From Neoechinorhynchus agilis (lineage: Eukaryota; Animalia; Acanthocephala): DNA of 18,926 nucleotides. Of this stretch, positions 9,798 through 17,822 are shown piece after piece. How positions within the stretch are numbered: the first letter of the stretch is position 1; the number at the start of each line of letters is the position of its first letter. The notes beneath the pieces are model-generated. The model was not told where the DNA came from, did not search any database, and saw only the letters and a program-made list of their open reading frames with translations. A program made the position numbers and the translations under genes. The stretch is from contig JBMGUZ010000055.1 of the NCBI GenBank assembly GCA_051530055.1, positions 1 to 18,926 on the forward strand, in the 5' to 3' direction.

Positions 9798-10898
9798 GGC
9801 GAGATAAATGCGTGGGAAAACGGGTTTAGATAGTAGAAAACTTACAAGTAATTTTGAACAAGTCCCACGCGTATTCCTAAGAAACATATTTCTGACGAAT
9901 TAAAAAAAACCAATATCGCCGATGTGGATACAATGTCAAGATGCTTCATGTAGCGACTTCAATTAGAAATTTCCATTATATTGATGTCTCATTAATAAAT
10001 CCCTTCAAATACCCATTAAAATATATCACTGGGATGTTTTTTCGTTTATTCCTTGAACCTCACGATTCTCTCTCTCAAATCAAAACCGCCCGGGCGAATT
10101 CGCTCGGTTCCGGGAACATTATCATAAGCCCGCTCCCAGTCATCAATTCTAGTAGCCTTGTGCTCCCAATGCCCTCGATTAGCTGAAGATGTTACAACTG
10201 ACGGAATCGGAATCTCAAAAGATTCAAGGACATCAACTTGTCCGACAAGTTCACTCAGTCCAATTTCATCGTCCTTCGCTAACACCGCTTCATCAATTGC
10301 GGACATTTGAAGGTTAAGGAGGTATTCTATCGTGTATCCTCCTGCATTGATTGGATTATCATTTGCTGTGCTTTCTGGTTTCATTAATCGCGTTGAGGTT
10401 TTGTTAACTTTTCAATACCGATGCTTTTATCGGTATGCTTGCTCATTAGTCAACGTTTGTGCATTTGGCTCATACAAAGTTGATATGATTCATCGAAAAC
10501 AGCGCATCGCTAAATTCTACTAAAATCATCTCGGTTTCTCAAAGTCACGTCTTTTATTCTCGTGTCAGACAAGAATTGCAATTCGATTAAAAGGGTGGTT
10601 TCCATTCAAAAAAACTTTAAACAACAAATTTTCACGCTGGAATATCACCTTTCTCCATAAGAGAAATACGTTCTGGGGTCATCACTATTTAAAAGCTTTC
10701 TCTCTGTATATTTTGCGAGGTTGAAAGTTTCAAACCCGTTTTTCTCATTTTTTTTGAAGCTTTTATGGTTTCAAACGCGCCTTTTTTCGGCGACAAACCT
10801 AGAATGCTTCTTGACAGAATTTTGGCATTCATCTCGTATATTTTTAGAAATTTCATTTAGTTTTCGGCATATTGTTTAATGCCACAAATACCAAAACC
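9798..10898. repeat. Left arm of a large inverted duplication (partner 17823..18926)
   Basis: The reverse complement of the window end (ggcgagataaatgcgtggg) is at 9798. Colinear near-identity continues to 10898/17823, with only scattered substitutions and small indels. The outer limit cannot be seen because the partner runs off the window. Confidence 0.97.
10046..10384 (-). CDS. 112-aa small protein with YTIEYLL (YxxxxL-phi) motif, copy 1
   Basis: ATG-to-TAA ORF, intact in both inverted arms with one amino-acid difference (L53 here, P53 in copy 2). Composition is protein-like. Function is inferred from the motif only. Confidence 0.55.
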   Translation of the reverse strand: MKPESTANDNPINAGGYTIEYLLNLQMSAIDEAVLAKDDEIGLSELVGQVDVLESFEIPIPSVVTSSANRGHWEHKATRIDDWERAYDNVPGTERIRPGGFDLRERIVRFKE

Positions 10899-11037
10899 AG
10901 TGGATGTGTATTCCCAATGGCGAATTGTAACACACTGGAGTTTTACTGAACTCTTCATTGCGAATTTTCAAGGCCTCAGCCCTTCGAGTGGATGTGTATT
11001 CTCAATGGCGAATTGTAACACACTCGAGTTTTACTGA
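10899..11037. repeat. 1.6 tandem copies of an 88-bp unit related to the hairpin arm at 12431
   Basis: agtggatgtgtatt(c/t)caatggcgaattgtaacacact... occurs at 10899 and 10987, with a third copy at 12414-12503 and an inverted copy at ~12564-12636. Confidence 0.92.
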
Positions 11038-11390
11038 CGTTTCGGATAATCGACGTTCCGCTGAAATTGAACACGCTACCGTCCTGGTGTATCGGTCGAA
11101 TAGAACGGGAGGCAGCGTTCCCTTCCGTTGCAGGGGCAGACTTACGTTTTGTAGGAGGATTGCTCCTGATCTCGGATCGCCAGTGATTCGTCTCAGTCTC
11201 TTAGACAATTGATTGACCAGGTCCTTCGCCGCGGAACCAAACGAACCGAGTGTCTCGACTCCAAAAGTAACAAAATAATGATTTCGACTCAAGTCGAAGT
11301 ATTTTGTCTTTTTGCGTTCCTCAGCGGCGGTTGCTGCCTTCTGATTTAATAGTGGCGAATTTACCGATCTAATAGAATAAGTGGCTGCTT
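11038..11390 (-). mobile_element. C-terminal (restriction-like endonuclease tail) fragment of a CRE-clade retrotransposon, copy 1
   Basis: KAATAAEERKKTKYFDLSRNHYFVTFGVETLGSFGSAAKDLVNQLSKRLRRITGDPRSGAILLQNVSLPLQR, then a frameshift into GNAAS. This matches the RLE-element terminus GAAA..AE..K..KY..L...Y.F.PF.VET.G..G / TGD.RA..FL.QR.S.A.QRGNAA. Confidence 0.85.
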
Positions 11391-12072
11391 TTTCCGTTTC
11401 TAAAAATGTGATATAAAAACTTAATTAAAAAGTCGAGAATTGAATTTCAGCATCAATAAGGAACCTATTGTGTTTTTTACGGAATTTTGAATATTCACGC
11501 TTTTTATTTTGCACCCAATAAGGTGATATGACAAGAAATAGAGCACTTAAGAATGTATGTTATTCATTAGTGAATCAAAAAAGCGTTCAATGATGCTCAC
11601 TGAAAATCCTTCGTCGTATTTAAAAATAGCTCATAGACTTTGTTTACATCAGAGATTTATCGGATTTCACGCTACGATTAATTTTTTTAAAGAAAACACT
11701 CCTGTAGTTTAATATGCATACATAAAATCAATTTGTTATTTAAAATATTCTCACTTTCATAAAGATCTTATTCGAACGAACACCTACGCTTCTAAAGATT
11801 ATTTTTAGGACCATATTGTGAATATCTTCACTTTACTTAATTAAATATTTTCAGTTCTGGATTATTTTTTAATCTTATGCCTGGCTAGCCGTTTATTTTA
11901 TTATTTTCGTTGGGCACACATCCCACCGATCTTGGTGTTCATTCAAGTATGAGTTGAACAAATAAAACGTTGGTCCCCATATCATTCATGTCTAGCCGGA
12001 AGCAACACTCATTGAGCGTTTACTCACGATTTACTCATGGCTGCTCACATCTACGGTAAAACCATTTGCGAG
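11038..12072. repeat. Direct repeat B, copy 1 (1035 bp)
   Basis: Near-identical to 16075..17060, from cgtttcggataat to accatttgcgag. Copy 2 lacks 11864-11911 (48 bp, TT microhomology) and 1 nt near 11222. Confidence 0.97.
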
Positions 12073-12430
12073 AAAAAAACTCAAAAGGACTTTAAATCTC
12101 GATTTTTGCTCCTCAGGATATAGTAAAACTCACATTCGTTGACAGGTTTTATGTTTGGGGAAAGTGCGTAACGGTAAACGATGGTAAAATTGATTTTTAC
12201 CTAAAAGTTCGAACGCCTTTTTTCGTATTCCTCAATATAATTGTTTTGTTAGGATATTCAACTGTATATTTCTGATTTAAATTAAAAACATTGAAGCAAT
12301 GAGGTTCAATTAGTGGATTGCCCTGGTTTGCAATATGCCAACTACGTGGATAATTTCTAGTCATATCTGCAATAAACCAGATTTTTCATAAAGAAATATT
12401 CTATCCTATTGTTCCTTCGAGTGGATGTGT

Positions 12431-12636
12431 ATTCTCAATGGCGAATTGTAACACATTCGATTTTTATTGAACTCTTCATTGCGAATTTTCAAGGCCTCAG
12501 CCTAATTCCCAAGCATCTAGAAATGGAGGCTACCAACTTTCCATTTTTAGATGCTTGAGTAGCAGGCTGAGGCCTTGAAAATTCGCAAGGTTGACTTCAA
12601 TAAAACTTGAGTGTGTTACAATTGGCCGTTGAGAAT
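12431..12636. repeat. Long imperfect inverted repeat (hairpin 1): 97-bp arms, 12-nt loop
   Basis: Arms 12431-12527 and 12540-12636 match at 83/97 by hand alignment without gaps, including a 25-bp perfect stretch ttgcgaattttcaaggcctcagcct. Confidence 0.92.
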
Positions 12637-12879
12637 AAAGAAATTTGTATGAATATAAGGATTTGCTTTTTTGAGTATTCAAGTGAGCATCCCTTACACG
12701 GCTTATTATTTTAATTGGACTCACAGCCCACCGATTCATTGGTCAGGCAGGTTATTCCTACGGATCTTGAGATACAACCCGAGGAAGCGGAGCTCATCAG
12801 TGAGTTTCCTTCTCTTCTTTGCGATATTTAATCCATTTTGGTTATGAGTCATCGGCGACCGTTAAAGAAAGGGGAGGGA

Positions 12880-13084
12880 CCGAATGGCTCAGGGCATACC
12901 AAAATCAAATGGATGTGTGCCCAAGAAATCAGCCGCGTAATAACCACTTCAAAAAACTCAAGACCGTTAATTTTATCGTTTGTGTGTGACATGCCGGTTA
13001 CATTTAAATCGTTGAAGTAATTATTACACTGCTGATTTCTTTGGCACTCGGACAATCGATTTCGGTATGTCCTGAGCCATTCGG
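12880..13084. repeat. Imperfect inverted repeat (hairpin 2): 73-bp arms, 59-nt loop
   Basis: Arms 12880-12952 and 13012-13084 match at 60/73 without gaps. An outer ttatgagtc/gactcataa match lies at ~12843 and ~13103. Confidence 0.9.
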
Positions 13085-13186
13085 TAAATCCCGAGAAAAC
13101 GGGACTCATAAGTGAGTTTCTTTTGATTATGCATCATCGGCGATTGTGGATTGTAAAGCCATTTAATCTTACGGAATGTACAAAAC

Positions 13187-13478
13187 ATTGAAAGTTCTTT
13201 TATTTGCAACGCGTTCCCTTCAATGGGTTTTCAACGATACCAACGGTCCAGATGAACATATTTCTGAAAGGATTAATTTCATTATTTCAATATTTTGTTC
13301 GTCTCGAGGCGGAGATAAGACAAAATAAGGATTTTCGTTTCCCACTCTGACCTTTGGAATTGAAAGTTCTTTTATTTGGAATGCGTTTGCTTCAGCGGAT
13401 TTTCAACAGTATCAATGGTCCAGATGAACGTATCTCTAAAAAGATTAATTTTATTAATTCAATATTTAGTCCGTGTCG
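13187..13478. repeat. Diverged direct repeat, ~120-bp copies at 172-bp period
   Basis: attgaaagttcttttatttg...ggtccagatgaac...gattaatt starts at both 13187 and 13359. Confidence 0.85.
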
Positions 13479-13563
13479 TCCGACTTCTTCACTTCTAAAA
13501 GGTAGGTTACAGTGGCTATAAGTCCGAAGAGACGGACGAAGTCTTGAATTAATAAAATTAATC
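13443..13563. repeat. Imperfect inverted repeat (hairpin 3): 44-bp arms, 33-nt loop
   Basis: Arms 13443-13486 and 13520-13563 match at 38/44. The outer 20 bp are perfect (gattaattttattaattcaa). Confidence 0.88.
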
Positions 13564-13839
13564 AGTATTTTCTCAATCACCAAACAAAATATACCCATGA
13601 ACAGTTTGCTGTGAGAGTGCAATCTTTATGAATCACGAGCTTGACACCCATTGTTTATAAATACAGTAGAACGTCGTTCATCCGAGTGAATTTGGACCGA
13701 ACACCATTGCGATAAAAGATTTTTTTCAGATTTTTTTTTCGTTTGAAGATTTTTGAAATTCAATCATTCTTCATTTCTCGGCAATTAACACACTCACCAC
13801 CTCCCGCTGAATTCCAGCTTTTGTCCTTCCTCGACCGTC

Positions 13840-15950
13840 GCCATCACGCTCGTCTAGTCGACAAAGGTGGGCGGGTTCCAGGATGTCCGGGAAGTTCGCC
13901 GTTCTCAACGCCCGAGAAATTGCGTTATTGATTTCAGAATGGCGTGAGAACCTTCCTGCTGACCTTCTGCAGACGAGACCACCTTATCAGTAAAAAGAGT
14001 TCCCACTGATGCCAGAGGAACAGCCTCCAAACACGCCCAAGATTCTCGTGTTGAAACTGCCAACAGTCTAACTCGGACGACCCCATCGCGAGAACCGGAA
14101 AGTAGAGAGCTGTGAGCTCTCGCGACAAGAGGTCTGTCCCAGATCGACTGCCTGAGGCCATTCACGGGAACATGGTTAGCGCCTGTCTGCTGGCACCATT
14201 GCTCAACCGCCACCACGAAATCCCGGTCAAGACAGAACTTTTCCTTCAAAGTTTTCTTCGATACTGGAAGGCTCCCCTCAAACGATCCAAGAAAGGCCGG
14301 CAAAGCAAGGTCCACTAGTGCCCGAATTCCCAATCCCCCAGATGACACAGGCAAAGAAGCTTGTCGCCACGCCTCATCTGAGAGCTGGACATTTAAAATA
14401 CGCTCGAGGCATGCCCTCACCTTATCGTCCAGCTTTGCCATTCCTTTTTTGTGTTTGAAAAATGTTGCTGTGCGAACCTTGTACAATAATTTGGGGATGA
14501 AGAGCGCGTTCTTTATGAGAAACAAGGCTTCATGCGCCGAGAGAGCGCACACCCTATCGCACAGCAACGAAAGTTTCGGTATGATATGGCCGATCTCATC
14601 TTCCACATTTGAATCGAAGACGCAACTGCCCAGGAGGCTGAGTTGTTCCCGAGTCACGAGTTTCAGGCCTGGAGCTACGGCCTCGAACCCAGCCATTAGT
14701 TCTTTGACTTTGGCGGCGTCTCCGATATTCAGTACAACGAGCTCACATTTTCCTGCATTAAGCTCAATGCCCATCTTCGAGGTCTCCCTAATCAGCGTCT
14801 CCAAATCGCGCAGTACAACGGAGGGATCACCTCCGAGCGTAGCGTCATCCAAGTACCAAGCGTTGAAGCTGGAATGGAGAGAATGCGCTATTGGATTTAC
14901 CGTTAGGGAGAATGCGATTGGACCGAGGGGATCTCCTTGCTGCACTACTCTTTCGGACCAAATGAGGTGGTCTTCGAAAAGCAAAGGAGTCGCCGTCCCG
15001 TAGGCATTGAGAAAATACTGGAAGGCTTCTGGTGCGTGATCCCTAATTGCGCAGAACATGCTTTCTCTATTGAGAGAGTTAAAGGCGTTCCGAAAATCGC
15101 ACTTAAAAATCACGCACGGCTCTGAGCTTCTCGTAGCAAAGTTTCGGAGCGAGTGGACAATAGCTTCCGCCCCGCAGGATGCGCAGCAGCCCAGTTGGAC
15201 TGGACGAAGTTGCTGTCCGGTTTTCTCTGTAATACGTTTGCAGAGAATTATTCCTGCGAGTCGGCGTATTGTCAAAGATACGGCGATGGGACGGATCCCA
15301 CCTTCTTTTTTTTGTGAGTGCACACAATGAGGCTCCGAAAAATAGGTCCTTTGCAACGGGATTCAGGTCCTCTCCAGTCAGGCGGTCGACTATTCGAGAA
15401 AGCGCACTTTCTAGAGAGAGCTGCTTCACCAGTTGAAAAGGACATCATGTCCTTTAGGTGATGAGGCCTTAGTCCGTCAAGCCCGTGACCCGAACCATTT
15501 GCAAAAGTTGAGATGGCGGGAGGAGATGGAATTTCAAAACTTCCGCTACTGCATGGGTGCTTCGACCGGAGTATTTGTAGCGTCTCGCGGTCTCCTTTTG
15601 CGAAACTGTCGGAGGATGACAATAACCGAACAGCCCCCCCCGAACATCTCCGTCCGCAAGCTTCGACGAGACACGCTCAGTCAGTGATCGTTTTGAAAAA
15701 CGGCATCGAAACTCTTCCTTCGTGCGTCCCTTACGAACCTCGCGGAGATTCCTTTCAAAATTGTTAAATATTTGTTCAAAGGAGGCGAACCTTTCCTTGA
15801 TTGTTGATGTCAAAGACACCCCAGAATCACCGCTGGTGCAGAGGACTAAGCGCGGGAAAGCGAAGAGCCGTGTCCATGAAGGCGCACAGTTCGTTTGCAG
15901 GCAATCGTTGAGCAATTACCCAACCTGAACTGCAGATATCAAAGTTCTTA
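13840..15950 (-). mobile_element. Decayed CRE-clade (RLE-type) non-LTR retrotransposon: pre-RT region, RT, and start of zinc-knuckle/RLE
   Basis: Stitched across several frames: SWTRLFAFP...KLADGDVRG; TLQILRSKHP...FANGSGHGLDGLRPHHLKD; GASLCALTKK; GGIRPIAV..TIRRL; QLG; CDFRNAFNSLNR; VQQGDPLGP; WYLDDATLGG; PKLLY; QASLPVSSGGLG; AVPLASVGTL. After an internal deletion near 13982 comes GLVCRRSAGRFSRHSEINNAISRAL...LEP..LCRLDERDG. At least four frameshifts. Confidence 0.92.
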
Positions 15951-16074
15951 ACATGCTGGAAAGCGGTTTAGAAAAAATTCGGATAGAGTTACATAATTCT
16001 GCCTTTATTGTTTAAAATAATCACTTATTTGTTTTTCGCTGCGATGTCTGATAAAAAATATATTTGGATAATTG

Positions 16075-16426
16075 CGTTTCGGATAATCGACGTTCCGCTG
16101 AAATTGAACACGCTACCGTCCTGGTGTATCGGTCGAATGGAACGGGAAGCAGCGTTCCCTTCCGTTGCAGGGGCAGACTTACGTTTTGTAGGAGGATTGC
16201 TCCTGATCTCGGATCGCCAGTGATTCGTCTCAGTCTCTTAGACAATTGATTGACCAGGCCTTCGCCGCAGAACCAAACGAACCGAGTGTCTCGACTCCAA
16301 AAGTAACAAAATAATGATTTCGACTCAAGTCGAAGTATTTTGTCTTTTTGCGTTCCTCAGCGGCGGTTGCTGCCCCCTGATTTAATAGTGGCGAATTTAC
16401 CGATCTAATAGAATAAGTGGCTGCTT
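16075..16426 (-). mobile_element. CRE-clade C-terminal fragment, copy 2
   Basis: Same as 11038..11390. It reads QGAATAAEERK (closer to the GAAA consensus) and has an extra 1-nt deletion near 16258. Confidence 0.85.
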
Positions 16427-17060
16427 TTTCCGTTTCTAAAAATGTGATATAAAAACTTAATTAAAAAGTCGAGAATTGAATTTCAGCATCAATAAGGAAC
16501 CTATTGTGTTTTTTACGGAATTTTGAATATTCACGCTTTTTATTTTGCACCCAATGAGGTGATATGACAAGAAATAGATCACTTAAGAATGTATGTTATT
16601 CATTAGTGAATCAAAAAAGCGTTCAATGATGCTCACTGAAAATCCTTCATCGTATTTAAAAATAGCTCATAGACTTTGTTTACATCAGAGATTTATCGGA
16701 TTTCACGCTACGATTAATTTTTTTAAAGAAAACACTCCTGTAGTTTAATATGCATACATAAAATCAATTTGTTATTTAAAATATTCTCACTTTCATAAAG
16801 ATCTTATTCGAACGAACACCTACGCTTCTAAAGATTATTTTTAGGACCATATTGTGAATATCTTCACTTTACTTAATTAAATATTTTCAGTTCTGGATTG
16901 GGCACACATCCTACCGATCTTGGTGTTCATTCAAGTATGAGTTGAACAAATAAAACGTTGGTCCCTATATCATTCATGTCTAGCCGGAAGCAACACTCAT
17001 TGAGCGTTTACTCACGATTTACTCATGGCTACTCACATCTACGGTAAAACCATTTGCGAG
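16075..17060. repeat. Direct repeat B, copy 2 (986 bp)
   Basis: See copy 1. Offset is 5037 bp at the left end. It ends 49 bp before the NCS start codon. Confidence 0.97.
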
Positions 17061-17109
17061 CTTCTTACACTTAGAAATCTAACACTCGTTTTCTTTTTGG
17101 TCTGTTAAA

Positions 17110-17731
17110 ATGGGCAGCCATCAGTGCACAGCAAGCGAACCAACTCCAAAATTGATATCAATGCTAAGTAAGACTACGCATTGTTCAGAACGGACTGTCC
17201 GAGAGAGTTATGAGAGGTTTAAAACATACGCACCCAGTGGTATAATGGACAAGGAAACTTTTATCAATAGGTTTCAGACAAAACATCCGAACGTGGACGT
17301 TAATACCGTAGCTAATGTCGTCTTTAAATATTTCGACACTGACAGTTCAGGTGGAGTTGGATTTGCGGAATATTTCCTTCCGAATGCTTTTACAACAGCA
17401 GTCTTCATTTTCTTGGAATTTTACGGAAGCTGACTGCTGTTCTATATATCAGGTTGATCCAAAGGAAAGAGCGGAAATCCTTTTTGACATATTTGATTCC
17501 GACGACAACAATACAGTTTCCGACAAGGAGTTGCGTATTATGATCAAAGGATTAAATTAGCTTCGTGGAAACTGTTTGAGCCGGGCTGAAATCAATAGTA
17601 TGACATCCGAAATTGTTCAGCAGATGGACTGTGATGGAGACAGAAAAATCGGTGAAGAGGAATTTATCCATGCTATATTGCATTGTGAAAGACTCCGAAA
17701 CCTCCTTACCTTTAATTTCAGTAATTATTAG
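17110..17731 (+). pseudogene. Neuronal calcium sensor (recoverin/frequenin-like) EF-hand gene; 2 exons (17110-17400, 17453-17731); premature TAG at 17558-17560
   Basis: MG start typical of myristoylated NCS; Y..F....PSG.M....F; EF loops DTDSSGGVGFAE, DSDDNNTVSDKE and DCDGDRKIGEEE. Removing a 52-nt GT...CTGAC...CAG intron (17401-17452) gives EYFLPNAFTTAVDPKERAEILFDIFD, the NCS EF2-EF3 spacing. Reading through the TAG gives 189 aa ending RNLLTFNFSNY, the normal NCS length. Confidence 0.8.
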
Positions 17732-17822
17732 TGTGCACTGCAAACGGAAACCTTAAACATACAAATTTTGCGTTTTTGTGTGACTATTGGGCCTTCTGAA
17801 ATCGTCAATGGAGGGGTTAATA

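Noticed and set aside
10332-10523. 63-aa ORF, also at 18198..18389
   Set aside because: It has a non-ATG start and overlaps the 112-aa ORF in antisense. It is duplicated only because it lies in the inverted arm.
12530-13622. Short ORFs across the hairpin cluster (e.g. 12849..13109)
   Set aside because: Non-ATG or weak starts and no recognisable motifs; the region is better explained by inverted and direct repeats.
14112-15928. Plus-strand ORFs (14449..15003, 15058..15330, 15433..15687 and others)
   Set aside because: They are antisense shadows of the GC-richer CRE coding region, with no motifs.
11038-17060. LTR retrotransposon with B as LTRs
   Set aside because: No TG...CA termini, PBS/PPT, gag, protease or integrase were seen. 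The RT is of non-LTR CRE type, and B contains CRE coding sequence.
1046-17560. TAG/TAA reassigned to glutamine (two in-frame TAGs in coding regions)
   Set aside because: The Gln-rich 540-aa ORF contains no TAA/TAG. TAG ends the NCS gene at the expected length and TAA ends the 112-aa ORF. The TAG at 1046 falls inside a good intron candidate.
17315-17560. Separate 81-aa EF-hand ORF or frameshifted NCS
   Set aside because: A 52-nt intron joining the two frames explains it, and the spliced product has the correct EF2-EF3 spacing.
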